Part shown: piece after piece, positions 1-13,088 of the stretch
Position numbering within the stretch: position 1 is the stretch's first letter
Layout: every line of letters starts with the position of its first letter
Source of the DNA: an uncultured Gemmatimonadales bacterium
GTDB taxonomy: Bacteria > Gemmatimonadota > Gemmatimonadetes > Longimicrobiales > Gaopeijiaceae
Assembly: GCA_963823035.1 (NCBI GenBank)
Contig: CAWGKG010000018.1
Span: forward strand, 160,001-224,000
Length of the DNA stretch: 64,000 nt
Direction: 5' to 3'
The notes under the pieces: generated by a model
The model's input: only the letters and a program-made list of their open reading frames with translations
What the model was told of the DNA's origin: nothing
The model's database searches: none
Made by a program: the position numbers and the translations under genes

Positions 1-1003
1 CAGAGAATCCGGGCGCCACGATGCACTCCACGAAGAGCGTCGCCAGGAGCTCTCCCGTCTCGTCGTCCACCGGGCGGTTGACCGCGATGACCGATCCGAA
101 CGCGCTCACCGGGTCGCAACGCAGGGCCTTGCGATAAGCATCCGCCAGCGAGTCCGCCACGGCCAACCCGCATGGCGTCGTGTGCTTGACGATGCACGCG
201 GCCGGAAGGGGTGAGAAGGCGAAGGGAGACAGGCAAAGGACCGCGCCGTCGAGGTCCAGGAAGTTGTTGTAGCTGAGCTCCTTCCCGTGGAGCTGCTCGA
301 GCGCCGTCAGTCCGGCGGGCTGACCGAGCCCGTAGAAGGAGGCCTTCTGGTCGGGGTTCTCTCCGTACCGGAGCGTCTGGATGCGCCGAAGCCCCACCGG
401 GAGATCCTCGGGAAGTGGGTCGGCGACCGTCCCCTCCTCGAGATAGGCGGACACGGCCGCATCGTACGCGCCGACATGGGCGAAGACCTTGGCGGCCAGG
501 GCGCGCCGCAGGGTCGCTCCGTCGTCGCCGGCGTCCAACGCGGTCACGACGCCCTCGTAGTCCGCGGGGTCCACCACGACCCAGACGTCCGCGTGGTTCT
601 TGGCCGCCGCGCGCAGCATGGTGGGTCCGCCGATGTCGACCTTCTCCATCGCCTCGGCCACCCCTACCCCACCCCGCGCGATGGTCTCGCGGAAGGGATA
701 CAGGTTCACGGCCACCAGGTCGATGGGCCCGTAGCCGTGCGCCGCGATCGCGGCCATGTCCGACTCCGTCCCACGCCGGGCGAGGATGCCGGCGTGCACG
801 GCCGGGTGGAGCGTCTTGACGCGCCCCCCCATCATCTCGGGGTGGCCGGTGACGTCCGCCACGTCCCGCACCTCCAGTCCGGCCCCGCGGAGCGCCGCCG
901 CCGTTCCTCCGGTGGAGACCAACTCCCACCCGCGCTCCGCCAGCGCGCGGCCCAGCTCCACGATGCCCGTCTTGTCGGATACGCTCAGCAGCGCCCGCTT
1001 CAT
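1..1003 (-). CDS. purH: Bifunctional AICAR transformylase/IMP cyclohydrolase (3' end outside window)
   Basis: Manual translation from ATG at 1003: MKRALLSVSDKTGIVELG...VKTLHPAVHAGILA...EKVDIGGPTMLRAAAKNH...LRYGENPDQ...GKELSYNN...VKHTTPCG. The frame runs off the window edge. Confidence 0.95.
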   Translation of the reverse strand, partial: MKRALLSVSDKTGIVELGRALAERGWELVSTGGTAAALRGAGLEVRDVADVTGHPEMMGGRVKTLHPAVHAGILARRGTESDMAAIAAHGYGPIDLVAVNLYPFRETIARGGVGVAEAMEKVDIGGPTMLRAAAKNHADVWVVVDPADYEGVVTALDAGDDGATLRRALAAKVFAHVGAYDAAVSAYLEEGTVADPLPEDLPVGLRRIQTLRYGENPDQKASFYGLGQPAGLTALEQLHGKELSYNNFLDLDGAVLCLSPFAFSPLPAACIVKHTTPCGLAVADSLADAYRKALRCDPVSAFGSVIAVNRPVDDETGELLATLFVECIVAPGFS

Positions 1004-1038
1004 AGATGCAAGCCTTTCGGTCGGTGTTCTCGGAGTTC

Positions 1039-1759
1039 TCAGGGTGTCACGGTCGAGATCGCCTCGGTGGCCGTCGCCAGGATGGTCCCACCGACGTCCG
1101 GCACGAGCGTGAAGGCCGCACCCGGCAGCACCAGGGGCGTGGGCTCCCGCCCGTCGTCGAGGCAACGGCACAGGTGGTCCGCCGCGAGCGGATAGATCCG
1201 GTGCTCCACCTCGAGCACGCGGGCCGCCAGCGCCTCGGGGGTGTCGTCCGGGAGCACGGGCACGGGCCACTGCGCGAGGATGGCCCCGCGGTCGTACTCC
1301 TCGTCCACCAGGTGGACCGTCGGCCCGCTGAAGCGCGCGCCGGAGGCGAGGACCGCGCGATGCACGTGGATGCCGTACATCCCCTTCCCTCCGAACGCCG
1401 GCAGGAGCGCCGGGTGGATGTTGAGGATGCGGCGCGCGGAACGCCCTCACCACCTCCGCCGGAAGGAGCTTCAGGTAGCCGGCGAGGAAGACGACGTCGA
1501 CGTCGTGGGCGCGCAGCGCCTCGAGCGTCTCCGACGCCACCTCCGCGGGGCGCCGATCCTTCGTGCGGATCACGCGCGACGGCACCTCGGCGCGCTCGGC
1601 ACGCTCGAGCGCCCCGATCCCGGGCCGGTCGGTCACGACGAGGCGGACCCGCCAGGGCGTGCCGGACCGTGTGTGGTCGAGCAGCGACTGCAGGTTGCTC
1701 CCCCCGCCCGACGCGAAGACCGCTACCGCGCGCACGGAGCGCCCCTCGCCTTCGCTCAC
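1039..1759 (-). CDS. purN: Phosphoribosylglycinamide formyltransferase (one frameshift near 1435)
   Basis: N-terminal [15 protein letters not shown] and FLAGYLKLL; after a frameshift, [21 protein letters not shown] and [19 protein letters not shown]. Adjacent to purH. Confidence 0.92.
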
Positions 1760-2412
1760 GCGAGCCTTCCGCCGAAGTGCGGCACGAGGAAGGGGTTGCC
1801 CACGCGCTCGTGGCCGACCGTGGTGGGCGGGCCGTGCCCCGGGTAGAGCACGGTCTCGTCCGGCAGGGTGAGCACCTGCTCCCGGATCGACGCCATGAGC
1901 GCGTAGAAGTCCCCGCCGGGCAGGTCGGTGCGACCGATCGAGCCCTCGAAGACGACGTCACCCACGAGGGCGAGGCCGTCGTCCAGGGCCACCAGGATCA
2001 CGTGCCCCGGGGCATGGCCCGGCGTGTGCCGTACCTCGAGCGCGCACCCGCCGAAGGTGAAGCGCTGGCCGTGCTGCAGCGGGCCCGTGGGAGGAGGCTG
2101 GCGCGCCGGCATCGGAAGGCCGAACGCCGCGGCCTGTTGCGGAAGCGCGAAGTACATGTCGCGGTCGTCGGCGTGCAGCAGGATCGGTACGTCGGGCTGG
2201 ATCGCGCGCATCCTGTGGACGCCCTCGATGTGGTCGAGGTGCGCGTGCGTCAGGAGGACCGCCTGCAGGTCGAGTCCCTCGGCAAGGACCGCCTCGGCCA
2301 TGGCATCGGCGGCCGCGCCCGGGTCGACGGCCACCGTGGCGTCGGATTCGGCGCAGACCAGCAGGTACCCGTTTTCCCCGAAGCCGCCCCCGGTGAAGGG
2401 TCGGACCTTCAT
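1756..2412 (-). CDS. MBL-fold metallo-hydrolase (glyoxalase II/YcbL-like)
   Basis: Motifs THAHLDH, TPGHAPG, GDVVF..SIGRTD, YPGHG. Confidence 0.9.
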   Translation of the reverse strand: MKVRPFTGGGFGENGYLLVCAESDATVAVDPGAAADAMAEAVLAEGLDLQAVLLTHAHLDHIEGVHRMRAIQPDVPILLHADDRDMYFALPQQAAAFGLPMPARQPPPTGPLQHGQRFTFGGCALEVRHTPGHAPGHVILVALDDGLALVGDVVFEGSIGRTDLPGGDFYALMASIREQVLTLPDETVLYPGHGPPTTVGHERVGNPFLVPHFGGRLA

Positions 2413-2416
2413 CGGG

Positions 2417-3464
2417 TCACGCGCACCCGCATCCGGAGGGTCGGACGCCGGCGAGCTCCAGGGCCCGCTCCTCCTCCGTCGGCGCCGTCCATCCGCCGGA
2501 GAGGTCCAGCATGCGGCGCAGCGACGTCTCGGCCCGCGTGCGCACCTCCTCGGCCATGATCACCTCGTGCTTCCGGTGGTCGAGGCTCCAGGCCAGCTTC
2601 GCGAGCGTGTTCAGCTTCATGTTGCCGCACACCGCGGCGCCGGAGAGCGGCACGAACGTCTTCTCGGGGAAGCGCTGGCGCATCCGGTCGACCAGCCCAC
2701 GCTCGGTGCCGAAGATGACCGCGTCGTGCTTCTCGGCGAAGGTCGACCATGCCCGAGGTGGAGGTCACCACGTCGGCGACCTCGAGCAGCTCGCGGCGCG
2801 CTTCCGGGTGGACGACCACCAGCGCGCCGGGGTGGGCCTTCTTCGCGCTGTCGAGCTCCTGCAGCACCATGTCGTCGTGTACGTAGCAGTAGCCGTCCCA
2901 CGCGATGATGTTGTCCCGCCCGGTCCGCTCCTCGACGTAGCTGGCCAGGTTCCGGTCGGGCACGAAGATGATCTCGCGCTCCCGGGGGATCGACTCGACC
3001 ACCTTCACCGCGTTCGACGACGTGCAGCACACGTCGGAGAGGGCCTTCACCTCCGCCGTCGAGTTCACGTACGCCACGACCGCCGCGCCGGGGTGCTCCG
3101 CCTTGAGGCGCCGCAGCGCGGTCGCCGTGACGAAGTCGGCCATCGGGCACCCGGCCTTCAGGTCGGGCATCAGCACGGTCTTCTCCGGCGAGAGCACCTT
3201 GGCCGTCTCGGCCATGAAGTGCACACCGCAGAAGACGATGACGTCGGCGTCCGTCGCCGCGGCCTCCTGCGACAGGCCGAGCGAATCCCCGAGGTAGTCG
3301 CTGACCTCCTGGATCTCCACGCGCTGGTAGTTGTGACCCAGGATGACCGCGTTGAGCTCCGCCTTCCGTGCGCGGATGCGCGCACGGAGTTCCTCGGGAG
3401 GAAGGGCCGAGTAGTCGAGGACCGTGGGGAGGGCGCCCTTCAGGACGCCGGGCGGAGAGATCAA
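2417..3464 (-). CDS. nadA: Quinolinate synthase A (one frameshift near 2741)
   Basis: ILGHNYQ, GDSLGL, VFCGVHFMAETAK, AGCPMAD, YVNS, GYCYVH, VHPE, AVCGNMKLNTL. Probable TTG start overlaps the upstream stop. Confidence 0.93.
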
Positions 3465-3787
3465 ACCGTGAACGAGCTCCCGCACCCGCATCCGCCGGAT
3501 GCGTTGGGGTTCCGGAAGGTGAAGCCCTGACCCATGAAGCTGGTGACGTAGTCGATCTCGACGCCGTCGAGGTACTGGGCGCTGAACGGGTCGACGAACA
3601 CCTTCACGCCGCCGACGTCGAGGATCTCGTCCTCGGTCTCGGGGGCGTCCTCGATGTTGAGGCCGTATTGGAAGCCGGAGCACCCGCCGGGGAGGACCGC
3701 GACACGGAGACCCGCGCCACCCTCCACCCCATGCTCCTGGATGAAGTCCTGGACCTTCTGTGCCGCCGTCTGCGTGAGCGTCAGCAT
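3461..3787 (-). CDS. A-type iron-sulfur cluster carrier (HesB/IscA/ErpA family)
   Basis: LRVAVLPGGCSGFQY and NPNASGGCGCGSSF motifs; GGAGG upstream. Confidence 0.95.
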   Translation of the reverse strand: MLTLTQTAAQKVQDFIQEHGVEGGAGLRVAVLPGGCSGFQYGLNIEDAPETEDEILDVGGVKVFVDPFSAQYLDGVEIDYVTSFMGQGFTFRNPNASGGCGCGSSFTV

Positions 3788-3911
3788 CTTTCTGTCCTAC
3801 CCTCCCGCACATGGAATGCGTGATGGGTCAAGTGGTCGGGTCCAACGCTTCTTGAATACCCGAAGGGGTCCCGCAGGTTTCCATTCCGATTCGGTGCAGA
3901 AACAAGGAAAA

Positions 3912-3940
3912 AAGCTACCGGCGCCCCGGAAGGGGGTCAA
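3912..3940 (-). promoter_or_regulatory. Putative sigma70 promoter for the Fe-S carrier-nadA-MBL-purN-purH operon
   Basis: Minus strand TTGACC (3940-3935), 17 bp spacer, TAGCTT (3917-3912). Confidence 0.55.
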
Positions 3941-4521
3941 CGCCGCGAGGGACCCGGCGCGCCGGCCTCCTCGCCCGCCGTCACGAGCGCCACCGCCGCG
4001 GCGAGGTCGTCGACGACCACGACGTCCGCCGGCGCCTGCTTCTCTTCTTCGGCACCGTACCCCGTGCGCACGAGGATCCCCTTCCCTCCGAGCTTCGCGG
4101 CGGGGAGGACGTCGGTGACCTTGTCGCCGACGTACCAGGACGCCCGCAGGTCGAGACCCAGCTCGCCGGCGGCCTCCTCGTACATCCCGGTGCCCGGCTT
4201 CCTGCAGGAGCAGGGACCGGTCTCGTCGGGGTGGTGAGGACAGTAGTAGGTGCCGGCCGGGGGCACGCCCGCGCGCTCGAGCAGGCCTTGCAGCCGGGCC
4301 GCGACGCGGTGGTAGGCGGCCTCGGTGTAGAGGCCGCGCGCGATCCCGGACTGGTTGGTCACGATGACGACGGGAAGTCCGGCGTCCCGCAGGCGGGCGA
4401 GCGCATCCACGGCGCCGTCGACGAGCGTGACGCCCGCCGGATCCGCCAGGTACTCGCGTTCGACCATGAGCGTCCCGTCCCGGTCCAGGAACACGGCCGG
4501 GCGGAGCGCCGACGACGTCAC
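3937..4521 (-). CDS. gmhB: HAD-IIIA phosphatase, D-glycero-D-manno-heptose-1,7-bisphosphate phosphatase-like
   Basis: AVFLDRDGTL, VTNQSGIARG, YYCPHHP..CSCRKP..GM, VGDK..D, VRTGYG. Confidence 0.82.
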   Translation of the reverse strand: MTSSALRPAVFLDRDGTLMVEREYLADPAGVTLVDGAVDALARLRDAGLPVVIVTNQSGIARGLYTEAAYHRVAARLQGLLERAGVPPAGTYYCPHHPDETGPCSCRKPGTGMYEEAAGELGLDLRASWYVGDKVTDVLPAAKLGGKGILVRTGYGAEEEKQAPADVVVVDDLAAAVALVTAGEEAGAPGPSRR

Positions 4522-5913
4522 GACCGCGCCTCGCGCATGACCTCGACGACGCGACGGACGAGGGCCTCCATCTCGTCCTCCTGGACGGTGCGTGCGTCCA
4601 GGAGCAGGCGGCCGTCCTCGATGCGCCCCACCACCGGCGGCTCCCCGCCCCGGAGCGCGCGCGCCAGGTGGTCGGCGCGCTTCGAGGGGAGCACCACCGC
4701 CCACGATGCGAGCGTGAGGTCCGGGCACGTGCCTCCGCCCACGGTCCCGGCGGTCGGCTCGGCGCGCGCGCCCATCACGTGCCGAGCCAGGAGCGCCTCG
4801 GCGAGCAGCTCGGCTCGGCGCCGCACGTGCTCCTCCGGCTCGGCGATCATGCGCAGGACGGGGATCTCGCGCAGCGCGCGTGGCGGGTCCCGGTACAGCC
4901 GCGCGGTGGCCTCGATCCCCGCGAGGGTGACCTTGTCCACACGGAGCGCGCGGCAGAGCGGGTTCTCCCGCATGGCCGCCACGATCCGCTCGCTGCCGAG
5001 CGCGATCCCCGCCTGCGGCCCGCCCATCAGCTTGTCCCCGCTCACCACCACGAGGTCCGCGCCGGACACGAGCGCCTCCTTGGCCCGCGGCTCGCCGGGG
5101 AGACCCAGGGCCACCGGGTCGGCGAAGAGGCCGGAGCCGAGGTCGAAGACGACGGGCACGCTTCGCGGACGCCCCGAGCTCGGCCAGCTCGCGCGTCGTC
5201 ACGTCCTCGGTGAATCCGCTCATGCGGAAGTTCGACCGGTGCACCTTGAGGAGGACGGCCACGTCGTGGTAGCGGAGCGCCTCGTCGTAGTCGGCCGCCC
5301 GCGTCCGGTTCGTGCTCCCCACCTCGATGAGCTGTGCGCCCGAGCGCTCGAGGATCTCGGGGATGCGGAATCCGCCGCCGATCTCCACAAGCTCGCCCCG
5401 CGACACCGCGACACCCCGTCCTCGGGCCAGCGTGTTCAGGGCCAGGACGAGCGCGGCGGCCGCGTTGTTCACGACGAGCGCCGCTTCCGCCTCGGCCAGC
5501 TCCGCGAGGAGGTCGGCGCAGTGGTGGTAGCGCGACCCGCGCCGCCCGCTCTCCAGGTCGTACTCGAGGTTGGTGTAGCCGCGCGCCGCCTCGGCCATGG
5601 CATCGCGCGCGACCACGGCGAGCGGGGCCCGCCCGAGGTTCGTGTGCAGGACGACGCCGGTGGCGTTGATCACGCGCCGCAGCGACGGCACGGCCTCCTC
5701 GGCGAGCGCGTCCGCCACCTCTCCGGCCCACCACGTCGCGGAGCTCGGGTCGCCGACCATGCGGCCCAACGCGAGCTCCTGGCGCAGGCGCTCGATGCGC
5801 GCGCGGAGTCGCAGGAGGATCTGCTCCCTCGGGTGGCGCTCCTGCAACGCCGCGAAGGGTGGGGACGAGAGCAGCGTGTCGACGGACGGAAGCCTGCGTC
5901 GCGGATCGGTCAC
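4518..5913 (-). CDS. selA: L-seryl-tRNA(Sec) selenium transferase (one frameshift near 5165)
   Basis: RRLPSVD, VINATGVVLHTNLGRAPL, NLEYDLESGRRGSR, VVNNAAAA, VSRGELVEIGGGFRIP, EVGSTNRT, DLGSG, PLP-lysine motif SGDKLMGGPQAG. Confidence 0.94.
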
Positions 5914-7383
5914 CGGCGTCGGCCCGGGAGGAAGACCCTGCCGGTGTCGGGCGGGATCGTGTCGGGGGGTGGCACGGTGTCGGGCGGGGAAACCGTGTCC
6001 CGCACTGCCGCCGTGTCCGGGACGAACGTCGTGTCGTGCGCCGTAGCGGTGTCGCGAGGCGCCGCGCGCACGACTTCGGCCTCGCCACCCCCGCCCGGAA
6101 CGCCGTTCACATTGTCGACACCGCTCGCCGTTACCTGATACGTGCTGTCGGGCACGAGGGCGCCCCTGACCACCACCACGAGGCGCCTTCCCGGGAGCGG
6201 GCGGCCGTCCGGGCCCTCGATGAGCCCGCCTCCGTCCGGGGATACGCCGGCCCGAACGTCCGAGAGGCGAGGCAGTTGCGGAGGAGGTGCAGGCCGTGAA
6301 GGGGAGGCACCTTGACTTGGTGATCGGGACACGGCCGCCTCCACGGTGTCGGTCACCTGGCTCGTGTCGGCCGGCGCGGCGGTATCCCGCGCGGCGAGCG
6401 CCCGCGCCTGTTCGGCCGCCGCGGCCTCCATCGAGTCCAGCCTCGCGAGGCTGGTGCGAACCTGCTCGACCCACGCCCCGTAGTCGGGCTCCGAGAAGAT
6501 ACGCTGGATCCCGAGCGCCCCACCCCTCCCCGACGAAGGACGGACAGCGACTTGCGGAAGGGGCGAAGTGGGATCCAGGAAGTCGTCGAAGGTCAGGACG
6601 ATCGTGGCCGAGTCGAGCAGGTCCGCCCGAGTAACGCGTGCCGGGCTGGTGTCCGGCTGGAGCACGGGAATGTCCGTGAACAGCGTATCCGCGCCCGTGA
6701 TCGTCTGCGCGAGCGTCCCCTGGATCTCCATGGAGTCCACGCGCTCGTTGCGGTTGCGGTCCTGGAAGGCCGTGAAGTCGTAGCGTCCCGGGAACGAGGT
6801 AGCGGAGCGCGTAGATGCCGCCGGTGTCCGTGCGGGCGAGGTAGACGGTGGAGTCCGCCGCCGTGGCCGTGACGAGGTAGTCCTCCAGCCCCTCGCCCGG
6901 TCTTGCGGTCCCAGACGAGGCCGGCGACGGCCGAAGCCGTGATGTCGGCGCCGGTCGAGAAGACGAGCTCGAACGGATCCTGCAGCTGGTTGCCGAAGAG
7001 GTCGCGGATCACCGGCAGGAGGGTGATGCGGTACACCTGCCCGGGCCGGTAGCCACCTCCGACGGTCACCTCGAGGCTCTGGCGACCCTTGGAGACGCGC
7101 ACGTTCCCGGTGTTCGGCGACACCATGACGGCGTCGTCCAGCGCGCCGGAGCCCGGCCGTTCGCTGATGCGCTCGTCGAAGCGGAACACCACGGGTCCGC
7201 GGAACGGCTCCGTGACCTGGGCGAACGTGTCCGGAGACGTGCCGATCACGACCGGCGGACGTCGGTCCTGGGGCCCGCCGGGGGGCGCTCCCTGGCGCGC
7301 GCACGCGGCCACCCAGGCCACGGCCACGGCCGCGAGGATCGCGGCGAGCGCGCGCGATGCGGGGCCTCGGGGCGCGGTCGGGT

Positions 7384-7387
<4 letters not shown>
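5910..7387 (-). CDS. Ig-like (Big_5-type) domain lipoprotein (frameshifts near 6897 and 6790)
   Basis: Signal peptide with lipobox VAAC, then ARQGAPPGGPQDRRPP, FRFDERI, IRDLFGNQL..PFELVFSTG, AFQDRNRNERVD. C-terminal low-complexity DT repeats. Probable CTG start overlaps the valS stop. Confidence 0.75.
5944..6056 (-). repeat. Coding tandem imperfect repeats of about 15-18 nt encoding (P)PDT units
   Basis: Repeated GTGTC(G/C) on the + strand; protein DTATAHDTTFVPDTAAVRDTVSPPDTVPPPDTIPPDT. Confidence 0.75.
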
Positions 7388-10158
<2,771 letters not shown>

Positions 10159-10290
10159 GTCGTCTCCGGGTTGTTCGCCTTGACGGGCCCGGAGGCGGAG
10201 CCCGTCGGGTTGGGAGCCCCTAAGATGGCAGCGGAGGCAAGGGTTCGGTACCGGAAGCGGCGCCCGGGGTGTCCGCGAGCCTTCGCGACG

Positions 10291-11117
10291 CTACCGTCGC
10301 ACCCCCGAGGTGTCCGGTTTGGTCTTCGCGGCGCGCTCCTTGTCCCTACGCTCGCGGATGGCCTTCGCACGGTCCTTCCACGAGTCGCGCATCAGCCCCG
10401 ACGCGGCCCCCCGCTGGATCTCGTCCCACTCCCACTGCGGCCCGCCTGAACTCGTCGCGCCGTCCCCACCGGCGTGCCGAAGCTGAACGGAAGCGGGAGC
10501 GTGATGTCGCCGAGGTGGAGCTTCCCTTCCGAGACCCCCCACTTGCGGCCCTGGGCGTCCGTCTTCGTCCAGTCGGTGAGCGCGCGCTGCGCTTCCGCGG
10601 CGATCGCGAGGGAGTCCTGCCAGTCGGCGATGTCGCCGGCCAGTTCCAGCTCCAGCCGCTGTTCGAGCGTCAGCTCGTTCAGAGCCGGGTCCAGCGGCGC
10701 CCAGATCCGGCCATCGGAGAGGTGCGGGCGAAGGCGCTCGGCGGCCGTGGGTCCGGGCGCCACGAGCCCCGGTCCCCCCACGTCGTTGAGGTCGGGTACC
10801 CCGGGCTCCACGGAGGGCGTCTCGGTCGGAGCGACCTCATCCGGCCGATCGGGGCGAGCGTCCGGCGTCGTGACCGCGCGCAGCCGGATCACGCGCATCC
10901 CGCCACGGGCCGCCTCGGAGCGGGGCGAGACGAACGGGCGGATGGGGCCGGCCGGCACGATCGGACGCGCGGCCGTGTACGCCAGGATGGCCAGGACGTG
11001 CACCACCAACGAGATGGCGAGTCCCGCGCGCAGGGCCCTGCGGTGGGATACACGGGGGCGACGGAGGCCGGCGCCCCGGTCCGAAGGCGGAACCGCGCTG
11101 CCGGCCGGATAAGTCAT
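10291..11117 (-). CDS. Hypothetical membrane-anchored protein with TonB/TolA-like N-terminus (frameshifted near 10440-10465)
   Basis: TM helix AGLAISLVVHVLAILAY, Pro-rich linker, C-terminal DWTKTDAQGRKWGVSEGKLHLG, and a final helix in another frame (WEWDEIQRGA...RERRDKER). Confidence 0.6.
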
Positions 11118-11178
11118 ACCCGGTTCGTAAACCTCCGCGGGGGGCGCGGTTCCGGAATCCGCCGCTCCTCGGGCCCGC

Positions 11179-12341
11179 TCAGAGCACGCGACCCATCCGC
11201 GCTGCCGCTTCCGCGAGACGGTCCTCGGGCACCGTGAGCGCGATGCGGAAGAAGCCCTCGCCGCCGCTTCCGAGCCCTGCTCCAGGGAGGACCATCACGC
11301 CCTCCTGGTCGAGACACCGGCGCGCGAAGTCCCGCGACGGCTCTCCGCCCGGCACGGGGATCCAGAGGTACATCGTGGCGCGCGGCGCGGTGACCTCGTA
11401 CCCGGCGGCGATCAGCGCCTCCACCGCGCGGTCCCGCCGACCCTGGAACACCGCGACGTTGCCCGGCACCCAGCGATCCCAACTCCGCAGCGCCGCGACC
11501 CCGGCCGCCTGCACCGCGAGAAAAGCACCGGTATCCATGAACGTCTTGACCTGCGTGAGCGCCCCGACCAACGCCGGGTTCCCCACCGCCCACCCAAGCC
11601 GCCACCCCGTCATGTTGTAGGTCTTGGAGAAGGAGTGGAACTCGATCGCCACCTCCCGCGCTCCGTCGAACTGCAGGATGCTCGGGGGGCGATATCCGTC
11701 GAAGGCGATCTCCGAGTACGCGTGGTCGTGGACGAGGACGATGTCGTGCTCGCGGCAGAAGTCGATCGCCTCCCGGAAATACGCGTCCGGCGCGGAGGCC
11801 GACGTCGGGTTGTTCGGATAGTTCAGGTAGAGGATGCGCGCGCGGCTCACGACGTCGGCGGGGATCGTGTCGAGCGGGATCAGGAAGTCGTGCTCGGGAA
11901 GGAGCGGAACCGCCCACGCCTCCCCCCCGCCAGCACCGTGCCGCCGAGGTACGCCTGGTAGCCGGGGTCCGGCACGATGCCCACGTCGCCGGGATCCAGG
12001 AAGGCGAAGGGAAGGTGCGCGATCCCCTCCTTCGACCCGATCAGGGGGAGCAGCTCCGAGGTCGGGTCGACCGTGACGCCGAAGCGGCTCTCCATGAATC
12101 CCGCGATCTCCACGCGGAGCTGCGGGAGCCCCACCTGGAAGGGGTACCTCGACATCCCCGGATCCCCGACGGCCGCACGCAGCGCTTCGACGACGGCCGG
12201 TGGCGGGGCCAGGTCGGCGTCACCCGCGCCCAGGTCGATCACGTCGATGCCCGCCGCCTCCAGCTCGAGGCGCCGCTCCTTGAACCCCGCCAACGGATAG
12301 CTCGGGAGCGCGCGCAGGACGCGGCTCTTCGCGGGACTCAT
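11179..12341 (-). CDS. Class I/II PLP aminotransferase, LL-diaminopimelate aminotransferase-like (frameshift in a G-run near 11925)
   Basis: VIDLGAGD, LIGSKEGIAHL, VPDPGY, LNYPNNPT, HDHAYSEI, EFHSFSKTYNMTGWRLG, GEGFFRIAL. Confidence 0.85.
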
Positions 12342-12965
12342 GCGTCCTCCTCACGGACCGGGTTGCGTACCGACCCGACGCCGCGCACCTCGATCTCCAC
12401 CTCGTCCCCGGCGGCGAGCGGACCCACGCCCTCCGGCGTGCCCGTCGCGATGAGGTCGCCCGGCTCGAGCGTCATGATCCGGCTGACGTGCGCGACCAGG
12501 AAGGGAATCGAGAAGACCATCTCCGAGGCGGGCGCGTCCTGGCGAACCGATCCGTTCACGCGGGTGACCACGCCCAGCTCGTCGAGCGCGACCTGCCGCC
12601 AGGGCACCGGCGTGCCCACCGGGCAGAAGGTGTCGAAGCCCTTCGCCCGGGTCCATTGCCCGTCCTTCTTCTGAAGCTCGCGGGCGGTGACGTCGTTGAC
12701 CGGCACCAGCGCCTCCACGTGGGACCACGCGTCGCTCTTCGGCCACCTTCCTGGCCCTGCGACCGATCACCACGCCGATCTCCCCCTCGAAGTCCACCCG
12801 CCCTGCCCCCCGGGGCCGCACGATCGCCTCGCCCGCGTCGAGGAGCGCGGAGGGAGGCTTGAGGAAGATGAGCGGCTCGGAGGGGACGTCGTTGCCGAGC
12901 TCGGCGGCGTGCTTCACGTAGTTGCGGCCGACGCAGACGATCTTCGTGGGGCGGAAGGAGGGCAT
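12338..12965 (-). CDS. Fumarylacetoacetate hydrolase family protein (frameshift near 12734)
   Basis: [70 protein letters not shown]. Confidence 0.92.
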
Positions 12966-13034
12966 CGGAGGGACTCCCGGCGCACGTGGCGCCGTCTTGG
13001 GTTCAGGAGGGCGATGCCGCCGCGTGCGGACGCG

Positions 13035-13064
13035 AAAGGGCCGCCCCGCACGCGGGACGGCCCT
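13035..13064 (-). terminator. Probable intrinsic terminator after the small membrane protein gene
   Basis: Minus strand AGGGCCGTCCCGC-GT-GCGGGGCGGCCCT followed by a short T-run. Confidence 0.5.
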
Positions 13065-13088
13065 CCGACGATCCGGGGAGCGGCGCCC

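Noticed and set aside
2409..2425. Selenocysteine readthrough of the nadA UGA after CGCA
   Set aside because: The next gene starts within a few bases, I saw no convincing SECIS, and the readthrough sequence is not meaningful.
3788..3910. ZTP or NAD+-I riboswitch
   Set aside because: The conserved core sequences, as I recall them, are not present; kept only as an unknown leader candidate.
3937..6474. Apparent 845-aa SelA-GmhB fusion ORF
   Set aside because: Produced by the selA frameshift plus stop-poor GC-rich frames; gmhB has its own GTG overlapping the selA stop.
10159..10290. T-box leader upstream of valS
   Set aside because: The spacer is too short and has no T-box consensus.
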